56,634 bases of DNA from a virus (Duplodnaviria; Caudoviricetes): positions 1-56,634 of the IMG/VR virus record IMGVR_UViG_3300025655_000043; one strand, given 5' to 3'. The notes beneath the pieces are model-generated. The model ran no database searches, was not told the origin of the DNA, and worked only from the letters and a program-made list of their open reading frames with translations. Each line of letters begins with the position of its first letter. Positions within the stretch are counted from its first letter, which is position 1. The translations under genes were made by a program, and so were the position numbers. Of the stretch, positions 1-9,097 are shown piece by piece.

Positions 1-290
1 TGTTGGCTCCACGGATTGCAGCGCAGTTGCCTAACTGGATGAAAGGCGCAGCGATCGGCGCAGGCGAAGGCGCGATTGCAGGAGCAGGGATGGCTGACCA
101 AGGAGAGTCTCGCGCAGAAGGCGCAGCCATGGGAGCCGCGATTGGCGCACCGCTCGGCGCAGTTGCACCAGTTGCGATCGACGCCGTTCAAGGCGCATTG
201 GACCGCAGAGCGATCCGCCGTGCAGCTTCGCAGGTGCCGGACGATTCGGCTTACGCTGCTTTGCGTCGGCGCATGGAGGAAGAAGGCTCG
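1..290. repeat. Left copy of 290-bp terminal overlap (circular assembly junction)
   Basis: 1-290 matches 56345-56634 except pos 59 C vs 56403 T and pos 164 T vs 56508 A. Both are synonymous (GGC/GGT, GTT/GTA). Confidence 0.97.
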
Positions 291-1664
291 CTGATGTATT
301 CCGTGCAGCCGCAAGGCAACATCAACTTGCAGCCTGCGATCAGCGCCGAAACATTGCGTGGGCCAGACGTTCAGCAGCTTGAAGCGTTTTTGGCGCAGAT
401 CAGAGGCACTCCTGGCGTCACCAAGGATGCATTCGAAGAACTTTCGAGGCGTTACGAGGATCTGCCTGCCGGTTCAAGGATCAGCAAGGCTGACTTCGAG
501 GCGCGCATTCCGCCTTCGCAGTACAATACGATGGACCTGAAGGGCTTGTCTACGCACAGCGAATATGAAATGGACCTTTACAGGGATGAAGCGTTAGATT
601 ACTTGTACGGCAACCCAGAAGAACCTTATCAGAATGTTTTGTACAGACTTGGTATTGAACCGACCGATGAAAACTTTCAGTTGATCGCGGGTCTGAACGA
701 GGGGATGATCGGACTCGAAGAGATGCCTGAGGAGTTCCTCAAAGCATTCCGCAAAGCCGGTTGGGAAGACGATCCTGTTGGGGAACTTTACGCGACCACG
801 GAGGAAGCAAGGACAGAACTTGTCGATCAAATTGCTTATGAACTCGCCGTTGATGCCGGACGCTCCAAAAACTATCAATACATCGACTCTCAACGCTTGT
901 TGTCCGAAAACACCCGCGCTGCGCTAGACGACAACTACTTCGAGATCGGTGTGACGCACCCCGACATGGCTGGCAAAAACTATTGGCACTACCCCGGAGC
1001 GATGAGCGCTGACAAGGGGATGATCGGACACATTCGCGGAACCTACATACCGGCAGACGCAACCGACGCAACCGTGCGTGCAATGTCCACCAAAGGTCGC
1101 GTTATTGTTGAGTCTGAAATGCCTGTCAAGCCCAACAGCGTTGTGATCGAAGAGATTCAATCTGACGCTCAAAAAGGCGAGGCTCAGACTGGCGCGTTGC
1201 GGCAAACGCACGGCACGCTGTTCAAGGCTGCGATTCAAGACGCGCTGAAGCGCGGAGCAACCACTGTTTATTATCCGACGTCAACGGCGATTTCTATCCC
1301 TCGTGGAGGAATCTCGAAGATGGACAACTACGCTCCGATCTACGATCAACAGATCGTCAAGGAAGGCTTGAAACCGCTTTCCAACATTCCGGGTGTAGAA
1401 GTCGAGCCTGCTGGGATTGGCGGCATTCAATCTTACTACGAGATCACGTTCTCGCCGGAAGCCATTGAGACAATCCTGCGCGGTCGCGGTCAGCGCACGC
1501 CTGGATATGCAGTTGGTGGCGCAGTGAGAGCATACGATCCTGCAGCGGTCGAAGCACTCATGGCTTCTGTCGGCAAGGGTTACGCAAAAGGCGGCGCGGT
1601 GCAATACAATCCTGCTGCCGTCGATCAACTGGTAAAAACATTCAGAGAGGGCACCCATGTCTGA
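1..1664 (+). CDS. C-terminal part of the 1,209-aa origin-spanning virion polyprotein starting at 54379: Gly/Ala-rich ejection-like segment, IEEIQSD domain, two terminal YAxGGAV repeats
   Basis: Frame of ORF 3..1664 continues the open frame from ATG 54379 across the terminal overlap (656 + 553 codons). Stop overlaps the portal start. Confidence 0.9.
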   Translation, partial: LAPRIAAQLPNWMKGAAIGAGEGAIAGAGMADQGESRAEGAAMGAAIGAPLGAVAPVAIDAVQGALDRRAIRRAASQVPDDSAYAALRRRMEEEGSLMYSVQPQGNINLQPAISAETLRGPDVQQLEAFLAQIRGTPGVTKDAFEELSRRYEDLPAGSRISKADFEARIPPSQYNTMDLKGLSTHSEYEMDLYRDEALDYLYGNPEEPYQNVLYRLGIEPTDENFQLIAGLNEGMIGLEEMPEEFLKAFRKAGWEDDPVGELYATTEEARTELVDQIAYELAVDAGRSKNYQYIDSQRLLSENTRAALDDNYFEIGVTHPDMAGKNYWHYPGAMSADKGMIGHIRGTYIPADATDATVRAMSTKGRVIVESEMPVKPNSVVIEEIQSDAQKGEAQTGALRQTHGTLFKAAIQDALKRGATTVYYPTSTAISIPRGGISKMDNYAPIYDQQIVKEGLKPLSNIPGVEVEPAGIGGIQSYYEITFSPEAIETILRGRGQRTPGYAVGGAVRAYDPAAVEALMASVGKGYAKGGAVQYNPAAVDQLVKTFREGTHV

Positions 1665-4155
1665 TATCAACGAACGCGACGACGAGTCCCTCGAAGAAGG
1701 CGAAAATGTCTCCTACGAGGATTTGCTTCCAGACGTAGAAGACACCGAAGACGGTGGCGCAGTCCTGCGCATGGAAAACGACGAAGACGAGAAGCGCAAC
1801 CTCGCGCATTTCGCCAACATTGTCGAAGAGGTTGACCAAGCCGCGCTGAAGGAAGCGGTCACCGACCTGCTCGACAAGATCGAAAAAGACAAAGAGGCTC
1901 GCGAAAAACGCGACAAGCAGTACGAGGAAGGTCTGCGCCGCACAGGGTTGGGCGACGACGCTCCTGGAGGCGCGCAGTTCACCGGCGCGAACAAGGTCGT
2001 TCACCCGATGCTGGTCGAGGCGTGCGTGGACTTCTCGGCGCGGTTCATGAAAGAGGTTTTCCCGCCCAACGGTCCAGTGAAGTCGAAGATCTACGGCGAG
2101 CAGGACAAGAAGAAGGTCGAGAAGGCTGAACGCAAGACCGAGTTCCTGAACTGGCAAACCACCAAGCAGATGCCCGAGTTCCGCAGCGAACTTGAACAGC
2201 TGAGCACGCAGTTGCCGCTCGGCGGTGGGCAGTACATGAAGTTCATGTGGAACCCGCAGCGTCGCCGACCCATGAGCGAGTTCGTGCCGATCGACGACAT
2301 TTACCTGCCGTTCGCCGCAACGAACTTCTACACCGCCGAACGCAAGACGCACGTCCAGTACATCACCAAGATGGAATACCAGCGTCGCGTCAAGAGCGGC
2401 ATGTACATCGACGTGGACCTTGGCTACGCTGGCGAGATCGATTGGAGCAAGTCGTCAATCGCCAACGACAAAATCGAAGGTCGCAAGGAATCCAGCTACA
2501 ACGAAGACGGTCTGCGCACCATCTACGAGATCTACACGTTCTTGGAGTTTGAAGACGGGCTGGAACCTTACATCCTCAGCATCGACAAGACCACCGAGTT
2601 GCCGCTGGCGCTCTATCGCAACTGGGAGCCGGACGACGAACTGCGCAATGAACTGGATTGGATCGTTGAGTTCCCGTTCGTTCCGTGGCGTGGTGCTTAC
2701 CCGATCGGGTTGACCCACATGATTGGCGGCTTGAGCGGCGCGGCCACTGGCGCGTTGCGCGCATTGTTGGACAGCGCACACATCCAGAACGTCCCCACAC
2801 TGCTCAAGTTGAAAGGTGGACCGAACGGTCAGACCATCAACGTCCAGCCCACTGAGGTTGTTGAACTGGACGGCGGCGCGATGGTGGACGATGTTCGCAA
2901 GCTGGCGATGCCTCTGCCGTTCAATGGTCCGAGTCCGGTGTTGTTCCAGCTGCTGGGCTTCTTGGTCGATGCGGGCAAAGGCGTCGTGCAAACGTCGTTC
3001 GAGAAACTCAGCGACCAGAACCCCAATCAGCCGGTCGGCACGACGATGGCGCTGATCGAGCAGGGCATGGTGGTGTTCTCGTCCATCCATTCGCGACTGC
3101 ACAACGCGATGGAAAAGTGTTTTTCGATCTTGCACCGCCTGAACAGCGCGTATCTGACCGAAGAAGACATCGAGGCGCACAACGCAGGATTGGAGATCGA
3201 CCCCAGCGATTTCGATGGTCCGATGGACGTGATGCCGGTCAGCGATCCGGCTATCTTCAGCGAGACGCAACGCTTCGCGCAAACGCAAGCCATCATGCAG
3301 CGCGCACAAATGATGCCGCAGCTGTACGATCCGCGCAAGGTCGAAGAGATGTTCTTGCGCACACTGAAGATCGCGCCGGACGATGTCATGCAGCCGCAGA
3401 TGGCCAGCGAGGACATGGATCCGGTCAGCGAGAACGTGGCGGCGTCGATGGGCAGACCGCTTTACGTTTTGCCGCGCCAGGATCATATCGCACATATCAT
3501 GACGCATATGGCGTTCCTGAAGTCGCCGTTGCTGGGTTCCAACCCGCCAATCATGCAGGCGTGCATCTATGCGATTGCGCAACACTTGAAGGATCACTTG
3601 TTGAACTACTACCTTGTGGAGGCTCACAACGCCGTGGACAAAGCGCAGCGCGAAGAACTGATCGAGGCAGAAGCGGAAGAGCAGGTCAAGTTGATCATTC
3701 AGGTTCAACAGCTGATCGAAAAGCAGCTTGGTTCGTTCGGTCAGGAACTGGCCGCGCTCACGGAGTTCGCCGAGCAGTTCAAGCCGCAGCCTCCGATGCC
3801 GCCCGACAACAGCATGCAGATTGCACAGATGAACGCGCAAGTTCAGGGTCAGGCACTGCAAGAGCGTGCGCAGTACAATCAGGCACGCGTCCAACTGGAT
3901 CAGCAGAAGCTGCAAACGCAACAGCAACTGGAAGCCGCAAAGCTGGCCGCACGCCAGCAGGAGCAGGCAGAAAAGCTGCAGGCAGAGCAGATGAAGCAAA
4001 TTGCCGAAAACGAGCGCACCGCTGCGGACATCGCTGCACGCGAGCGCATGAACACGGCAGACAACGACACCGCGAAACTGCTCGCTGCAGCCGAATTGGC
4101 AACTGGCGAACGAGTCTCGGTGAGCACCGGCACAGGCATCAACCCCAACCCTTGA
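1657..4155 (+). CDS. Portal protein, 832 aa, with long Gln-rich C-terminal coiled coil
   Basis: Size, position between terminase and capsid genes, portal-like segments (VHPMLVEACVDF, NQPVGTTMALIEQG), helical tail reminiscent of a P22-type barrel. Confidence 0.85.
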   Translation: MSDINERDDESLEEGENVSYEDLLPDVEDTEDGGAVLRMENDEDEKRNLAHFANIVEEVDQAALKEAVTDLLDKIEKDKEAREKRDKQYEEGLRRTGLGDDAPGGAQFTGANKVVHPMLVEACVDFSARFMKEVFPPNGPVKSKIYGEQDKKKVEKAERKTEFLNWQTTKQMPEFRSELEQLSTQLPLGGGQYMKFMWNPQRRRPMSEFVPIDDIYLPFAATNFYTAERKTHVQYITKMEYQRRVKSGMYIDVDLGYAGEIDWSKSSIANDKIEGRKESSYNEDGLRTIYEIYTFLEFEDGLEPYILSIDKTTELPLALYRNWEPDDELRNELDWIVEFPFVPWRGAYPIGLTHMIGGLSGAATGALRALLDSAHIQNVPTLLKLKGGPNGQTINVQPTEVVELDGGAMVDDVRKLAMPLPFNGPSPVLFQLLGFLVDAGKGVVQTSFEKLSDQNPNQPVGTTMALIEQGMVVFSSIHSRLHNAMEKCFSILHRLNSAYLTEEDIEAHNAGLEIDPSDFDGPMDVMPVSDPAIFSETQRFAQTQAIMQRAQMMPQLYDPRKVEEMFLRTLKIAPDDVMQPQMASEDMDPVSENVAASMGRPLYVLPRQDHIAHIMTHMAFLKSPLLGSNPPIMQACIYAIAQHLKDHLLNYYLVEAHNAVDKAQREELIEAEAEEQVKLIIQVQQLIEKQLGSFGQELAALTEFAEQFKPQPPMPPDNSMQIAQMNAQVQGQALQERAQYNQARVQLDQQKLQTQQQLEAAKLAARQQEQAEKLQAEQMKQIAENERTAADIAARERMNTADNDTAKLLAAAELATGERVSVSTGTGINPNP

Positions 4156-4168
4156 AAAGGAGCGCATC

Positions 4169-4312
4169 ATGAGCGACAATCCCAACAAAGCCAAAGAAGT
4201 TCCAATGAACACGGCTGAAGTTCCCCAGCATCACCGCATGGCCGCAGGCGAAAAGTGTGACGGCCAGCACACACCACCTTCTAAGAGTTCTGGACCGAAA
4301 ACACCGGCATGA
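4169..4312 (+). CDS. Small hypothetical protein, 47 aa (MSDNPNKAKEVP...), not in ORF track
   Basis: AAGGAG SD upstream; TGA overlaps ATG of next gene (ATGA at 4309-4312). Confidence 0.65.
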   Translation: MSDNPNKAKEVPMNTAEVPQHHRMAAGEKCDGQHTPPSKSSGPKTPA

Positions 4313-4506
4313 ACTTCGAAACCCTCTTGTTGAACCGTCTCAAGGAAGAGCAGCAGAAGTTTGCTGTTGACGCCTTGAGACGGCCACAGGAACGCGACGC
4401 CTTTGAGTACGGGTTGCGCGTTGGAATATTCGCCGGTTATGAGGCGGCGATAAATGTGCTCTTGAAACTTGTTGATGAGGAGAAAAACGGTGACAATGAC
4501 ATCTGA
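4309..4506 (+). CDS. Hypothetical head-module protein, 65 aa
   Basis: Coupled to flanking genes, helical sequence. Confidence 0.75.
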   Translation: MNFETLLLNRLKEEQQKFAVDALRRPQERDAFEYGLRVGIFAGYEAAINVLLKLVDEEKNGDNDI

Positions 4507-4912
4507 GAACGCTTTGGCAGAGGCGTTTCCGGCGGCAGACGCCGGAGTGCAGCCTTTCGGAAGCCGCGTTCTGGTTCAAATCCGTACGCCGAAGAGCAAA
4601 ACTTCTGGCGGCATCATTTTGCACAGCGAGTCGCGCGACACTGAAAAGTGGAACACACAAGTTGCCAAGGTGATTAGCATTGGACCGCTCGCGTTCAAAA
4701 ACCGCAACACCATGGAACACTGGCCGGAAGGCTCTTGGTGCAACGTGGGAGACTTTGTTCGGGTGCCGAAATACGGTGGAGACCGTTGGGAGGTGCCTCT
4801 TACAAAAGAAACCATGGGCGAAAAAGAGTCAGCAATGTTCGTAATTTTCAATGACCTCGACATCATCGGGCAGGTAACTGGTGACCCGTTGGCGATCAAG
4901 GCGTTCATCTGA
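4496..4912 (+). CDS. groES: GroES-like co-chaperonin
   Basis: VQPFGSRVLV...KTSGGIIL...VISIGP...VGDFV..PKYGG...DIIGQV matches the Cpn10 pattern. Start moved to ATG 4496 after GAGGAG. Confidence 0.85.
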   Translation: MTSENALAEAFPAADAGVQPFGSRVLVQIRTPKSKTSGGIILHSESRDTEKWNTQVAKVISIGPLAFKNRNTMEHWPEGSWCNVGDFVRVPKYGGDRWEVPLTKETMGEKESAMFVIFNDLDIIGQVTGDPLAIKAFI

Positions 4913-4925
4913 AAGGAGATGACAA

Positions 4926-5867
4926 ATGAGTGAAGTGATCAAAGAAGAAGACTCCAAAGACGAAGAGATCGTGATCGTTGAAGACGAGTCCAAGCTGAGA
5001 GCCTCAGCTGAAGATGACGACGACGGGCAAGAAGACGACCGCGTCTCTACAGAAGATGATGACGACGAAGAAGAACACGACGACGAGCGTGAAGCAATCC
5101 GCGAACGCCGTCGCAAGGAGAAGTTGGAGCGCAAACAGCGTCGCGAAGAAGCCATCAAGCGTGACAAACTTGAGTTGGATTTCCTGCGCAGCCGCAACGA
5201 CGATCTTGAACGTCGCCTGACTGCACAAGAACAGCGTGCGCACATTGGTGACCTCAAAACAATCGACTCTGCAATCGCGCAAGCCGCCAAAGAAGCCGAG
5301 ATGGCCGACAAGGTCATCGCCAAAGCGGTCGCGGCTGGCAACGGTGAAGACGTCACGCAAGCAATGCGCTACCGCGATCAGGCACTGGCTCGCATCCAGC
5401 AACTGAGCGCGCAAAAACAAAATGTGCAACAGCGTCCGCCGCAACCCAAGCAACAGATCGACGAACGCACAATGCACTACGCGCAGGAGTTCATTAAGGA
5501 GAACCCTTGGTACGACTCACAAGGTCGCGACGAGGATTCATCCATCGTGATCGCCATCGATCAGTCTCTCGCCAAAGACGGTTACGACCCTCGCACAGAG
5601 GAATACTGGACAGAACTGCGCAAGCGTGCTGCGCGCCGGTTGCCGGAGCGGTTCGGCAAAACAGGAACCAAGGAGCAACGCACGCCGCGTGGCGGTCCAG
5701 CAGTTGGGTCTGGACGTGAGCACGCGCCCACCAGCACGCGCAAAGAAGTGTACATCAGTCCTGAGCGCAAACAGGCGTTGATCGACGCAGGTGTTTGGGA
5801 CGACCCAGTGCTGCGACAGAAATATGTAAAGAGGTACGCAGAATATGATCGAGCAAACAGATCGTAA
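4926..5867 (+). CDS. Putative capsid scaffolding protein, 313 aa
   Basis: Very acidic N-terminus, long coiled coil, basic C-terminus, position upstream of capsid genes. Confidence 0.6.
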   Translation: MSEVIKEEDSKDEEIVIVEDESKLRASAEDDDDGQEDDRVSTEDDDDEEEHDDEREAIRERRRKEKLERKQRREEAIKRDKLELDFLRSRNDDLERRLTAQEQRAHIGDLKTIDSAIAQAAKEAEMADKVIAKAVAAGNGEDVTQAMRYRDQALARIQQLSAQKQNVQQRPPQPKQQIDERTMHYAQEFIKENPWYDSQGRDEDSSIVIAIDQSLAKDGYDPRTEEYWTELRKRAARRLPERFGKTGTKEQRTPRGGPAVGSGREHAPTSTRKEVYISPERKQALIDAGVWDDPVLRQKYVKRYAEYDRANRS

Positions 5868-5872
5868 AACGC

Positions 5873-5901
5873 TTGCCTTTTTCATAGAAACAGATTTTAA
5901 T
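5873..5901 (+). promoter_or_regulatory. Possible sigma70-like promoter TTGCCT-N17-TTTAAT
   Basis: Same TTGCC -35 box as other promoters; -10 is imperfect. Confidence 0.45.
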
Positions 5902-5930
5902 TCAATCAATCGCTGAAAGGAGCGAGTACC

Positions 5931-6461
5931 ATGACCGACGAACGACTAAAGAAATCCGCTGGCGAAGGTCGCGAGAACCGCGCGATGCAGGATCGTGCAT
6001 CCACACAAAATCGCGCCATTTCCGATGATGAGCGGGTAGAAATGTTCCGTCAGCAATTTCACCAATCCTCTCTACCGGATTTGCCCAAACTAGACGGCTG
6101 GCACTTGTGCTGGCTGACCACGACAAACCCGCGTGACTCCATCCAAATGCGTATCCGTTTGGGCTATGAGCCCGTGAAGCCAGAAGATGTTCCTGGCTGG
6201 GAATATGCAACGCTCAAGACGGGCGATTGGCAGGGGTTCATCGGCGTGAACGAGATGCTTGCCTTCAAACTGCCGCTTTCACTGTACGAAAAGTACATGC
6301 GTGAAGCGCACCACGATGCTCCGTTGCGTGAGGAAGAAAAACTCACCGACACTCAAGACTTCTTGGAACAGCAGGCGCGTGCTTCTAAAACTCGTGTTGA
6401 CATGGGCGACGGAAATAGGGAGTTTGGTGTGGATAGGGAACCGGTCTTTGACCTTTCCTGA
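5931..6461 (+). CDS. Conserved head-module protein, 176 aa, function unknown
   Basis: AAGGAG SD inside hairpin TCGCT-GAAAGG-AGCGA; located between scaffold and capsid genes. Confidence 0.75.
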   Translation: MTDERLKKSAGEGRENRAMQDRASTQNRAISDDERVEMFRQQFHQSSLPDLPKLDGWHLCWLTTTNPRDSIQMRIRLGYEPVKPEDVPGWEYATLKTGDWQGFIGVNEMLAFKLPLSLYEKYMREAHHDAPLREEEKLTDTQDFLEQQARASKTRVDMGDGNREFGVDREPVFDLS

Positions 6462-6488
6462 CGAACCATTCAACCTTAGGAGCAAACT

Positions 6489-7082
6489 ATGTCTTCGACT
6501 AGCGCACCCTTTGGCTTTCGTCCGTCTTACCACAACAGTGGCCAGATGCGCCCGAAAGCCTACACGATCGCTAGCACCTACGCTGCCAACATCTTTCAGG
6601 GTGACCCTGTAAAGTTGACGGATGCAGGTGTTATCCAGTTGGGCACCAGTGATGGTACCCGTTCCGGCACCGTGGATGGGATTTCCCTTCTCGGTATTTT
6701 TGCTGGTTGTCAGTACAACGATTCCACCGGTCGTCCGGTTGTTTCGCCGTTCTGGCCCACCGGCACAACGGCAACTAACATCGTTGCATGGGTCTACGAC
6801 GATCCTGAAACGCTGTTTGATGTTCAGTACAACAATCCTTCTGCAGGCACCACGGTTCAAACCGCTGTTGGCGAAGAATGTGATTGGACGGTTGCTTCTC
6901 CGGGCGGTTCTACCAGCACCGGTCTGAGCAGCACGTACCTGACGGCCATCCAAGCGACTTCTGGCCAATTCCAGATCACCGGTTGGGGCTACAACATCAA
7001 CGACTCCTTGACTGACGCTTACGTGGTTGCGACTGTTCGCATCAACGAGCACCAGTACAAGGCTTCTGTCAACTCGGTGTAA
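6489..7082 (+). CDS. Putative capsid decoration/cement protein, 197 aa
   Basis: Beta-rich (IFQGDPVKL, VYDDPETLF), immediately upstream of the major capsid gene. Confidence 0.6.
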   Translation: MSSTSAPFGFRPSYHNSGQMRPKAYTIASTYAANIFQGDPVKLTDAGVIQLGTSDGTRSGTVDGISLLGIFAGCQYNDSTGRPVVSPFWPTGTTATNIVAWVYDDPETLFDVQYNNPSAGTTVQTAVGEECDWTVASPGGSTSTGLSSTYLTAIQATSGQFQITGWGYNINDSLTDAYVVATVRINEHQYKASVNSV

Positions 7083-7096
7083 GGAGGGCTTGAACC

Positions 7097-8011
7097 ATGG
7101 CTACACCTATGCGTAGTACTGACTTTCGGTCAGTCGTCGAGCCGATCCTGAACGAGGTCTTCGACGGAGTTTACGATCAGCGTGCTGATGAATGGAAGAT
7201 GGTCTTCCGTGAGCAAAAGGGCATTCCCCGCAACTACCATGAAGAACCCGTCCTGTACGGCTTCGGTGCTGCGCCGGAACTTCCTGATGGCATGGCAGTC
7301 ACCTACCAGTCTGGCGGCGTGCTGTTCATTCAGCGTTACCTCTACAAGGTCTACGGTCTGGCGTTCAGCCTGACCAAGGTTCTGGTGGAGGATGGCGATC
7401 ACATTCGTATCGGTCAGACCTATGCCAAGCACTTGGCTCAGTCTCTGATTGAAACGAAAGAGACGCTGTCGGCCAACATTCTGAACCGTGCATTTAACAG
7501 TTCGTATACGGGTGGTGACGGCGTTTCGCTGATCAACGCTTCGCATCCGATTGTTAACGGCACCTTCAGCAACCAGCTGACCACCGCTGCGGCTCTGTCG
7601 CAGACTTCTCTTGAGCAGATGCTGATTCAGATCCGCAACGCTGTTGACAACAACGGCAAGCGTATCCGCCTGACGCCCAAGAAAATTGTCACTGGTCCCA
7701 GCAACGTCTTCCAAGCAGAAGTTCTGCTGAAGAGCGTGCTGCGTTCGGGAACCGCCGACAACGACATCAACCCCGTGAAATCCATGGGTCTGCTGTCGGA
7801 AGGTCAGGCCAACCTGTCGCGCATCACCTCGACCACCGCATGGTGGGTGCAGACTGATGCGCCGGAAGGTCTGAAGCTGCTGATGCGTCGTCCGCTGGAA
7901 AAGAGCATGGAAGGTGATTTCGAAACCGACTCCATGCGCTACAAGGCGACTGAGCGTTACACCGTTGGTTGGACTGACCCTCGTGGTCTTTTCGGCACAG
8001 CCGGTGTGTAA
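7097..8011 (+). CDS. Major capsid protein, 304 aa (HK97-fold expected)
   Basis: AAGGAGG SD, strong codon bias, downstream hairpin, C-terminal EGDFETDSMRYKATERY..GWTDPRGLFG typical of this capsid family. Confidence 0.85.
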   Translation: MATPMRSTDFRSVVEPILNEVFDGVYDQRADEWKMVFREQKGIPRNYHEEPVLYGFGAAPELPDGMAVTYQSGGVLFIQRYLYKVYGLAFSLTKVLVEDGDHIRIGQTYAKHLAQSLIETKETLSANILNRAFNSSYTGGDGVSLINASHPIVNGTFSNQLTTAAALSQTSLEQMLIQIRNAVDNNGKRIRLTPKKIVTGPSNVFQAEVLLKSVLRSGTADNDINPVKSMGLLSEGQANLSRITSTTAWWVQTDAPEGLKLLMRRPLEKSMEGDFETDSMRYKATERYTVGWTDPRGLFGTAGV

Positions 8012-8018
8012 ACGGATT

Positions 8019-8039
8019 GGGGGAGCCTAGTGCTCCCCC
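8019..8039 (+). terminator. GC-rich hairpin after major capsid gene (GGGGGAGC-CTAGT-GCTCCCCC)
   Basis: Perfect 8-bp stem; U-tract weak, so possibly a read-through or stability element. Confidence 0.55.
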
Positions 8040-8050
8040 TCTCCACAATT

Positions 8051-8125
8051 CCGAGGCAAACTCGGTGTGTTAGACAGTCCTCGGCTGACGTCATGCAGAC
8101 TAACACACTTAACTCGCATGAGAGG
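8051..8125 (+). ncRNA. Structured double-pseudoknot cis-RNA, resembling the Polynucleobacter-1 motif
   Basis: GTGTGTTAG 8065-8073 pairs CTAACACAC 8100-8108; CCGAGG 8051-8056 pairs loop CCTCGG 8079-8084; TCATGC 8091-8096 pairs GCATGA 8116-8121 next to SD GAGG. Family name is from memory, not searched. Confidence 0.55.
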
Positions 8126-8133
8126 AAAATGAA

Positions 8134-8397
8134 ATGGCATCGACTACTTTTTCTGGTCCCGTAACCTCCACCAACGGTTTTGTGGGCGACGTCACTGGTA
8201 GCGTCACTGGCGCTGTTTACGTGGCTGACTTCATCAAAATGACCGCCATCACAACCGCTGAACTGCCTGCTGCAGCTGCAGCGAACGCTGGACAAGTTCG
8301 CTTGATCAACGACAATGGCGCAGGCGACGACGAATATTGCTTGGTCATTTCCACGGGTGCTGCTTGGGTGACCGCTGTTGGCGCGGCTCTCAGCTAA
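8134..8397 (+). CDS. Small virion protein, 87 aa (MASTTFSGPV...)
   Basis: SD GAGG; position after major capsid gene. Confidence 0.75.
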   Translation: MASTTFSGPVTSTNGFVGDVTGSVTGAVYVADFIKMTAITTAELPAAAAANAGQVRLINDNGAGDDEYCLVISTGAAWVTAVGAALS

Positions 8398-8413
8398 TTG
8401 AGGAGGTGTCAAC

Positions 8414-8827
8414 ATGGCTGATGCAGTCACGTCACAAACGATTCTTGACGGTGAACGACTGTTCATCGCCAAATTCACCAACATCTCCGACGGCACAGGC
8501 GAAACCACCGTAACCAAAATCGATGTCTCCACCCTAGCCAGGAGTTTTGCAGGCAACGCTTGCAACGGTGTCAAGATCAACAAGATCTGGGCACAAACTC
8601 AAGGCATGGGTGTGGACATCATTTGGGACGCAACGGCAGACGTTCTTTGCGAAACAATCCCAGCTGACAAGTTTTACCTGATGGACTACTCGTCGTTCGG
8701 CGGTTTGCCGAACAACGCTGGCGCAGGTGTCACTGGCGATGTCGCGTTCACCACAGTTGGAGCCGACTCTGGCGACCGTTACACCATCGTCTTGGAGTGC
8801 ATCAAGACTTATGGCACGGCACCGTGA
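8414..8827 (+). CDS. Putative virion structural protein, 137 aa
   Basis: GAGGAGG SD; beta-rich. Confidence 0.75.
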   Translation: MADAVTSQTILDGERLFIAKFTNISDGTGETTVTKIDVSTLARSFAGNACNGVKINKIWAQTQGMGVDIIWDATADVLCETIPADKFYLMDYSSFGGLPNNAGAGVTGDVAFTTVGADSGDRYTIVLECIKTYGTAP

Positions 8828-8839
8828 GGAGACAACCAA

Positions 8840-9097
8840 GTGGAGATCGCGACACTGTGGAACGTAATACTGTCTTTCGTGAGCGCGATTTTGATTTGGG
8901 GCTGGCGAGGCCACGTCGACGAGGTCAAGCGGCTCCAAATTCTCCTAAACCGCACCCGTGAGGAGATGGCCAAAGAATACGTCACAAAAGAAGAGGTTCA
9001 CGCTGACATCAACCGCGTGATGAACCGACTCGAAGTGCTGGACGCAAAACTAGACCGTCTCATCGAAGGATATCGAACAAGAGGGCAACCAATATGA
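8840..9097 (+). CDS. Membrane-anchored coiled-coil protein, 85 aa
   Basis: GTG start after GAGGA; N-terminal hydrophobic helix then heptad repeats. Confidence 0.7.
   Translation: MEIATLWNVILSFVSAILIWGWRGHVDEVKRLQILLNRTREEMAKEYVTKEEVHADINRVMNRLEVLDAKLDRLIEGYRTRGQPI

Noticed and set aside
2455-4212. Long antisense ORFs (585 aa here; also 22574-23587, 34858-35826, 38971-39948, 43898-44908)
   Set aside because: They mirror well-supported genes on the other strand, an expected result of codon bias in GC-rich DNA, and show no RBS or recognisable motifs.
8051-8125. Hammerhead ribozyme
   Set aside because: CTGACG is present but the CTGANGA and GAAA core is not correctly formed.
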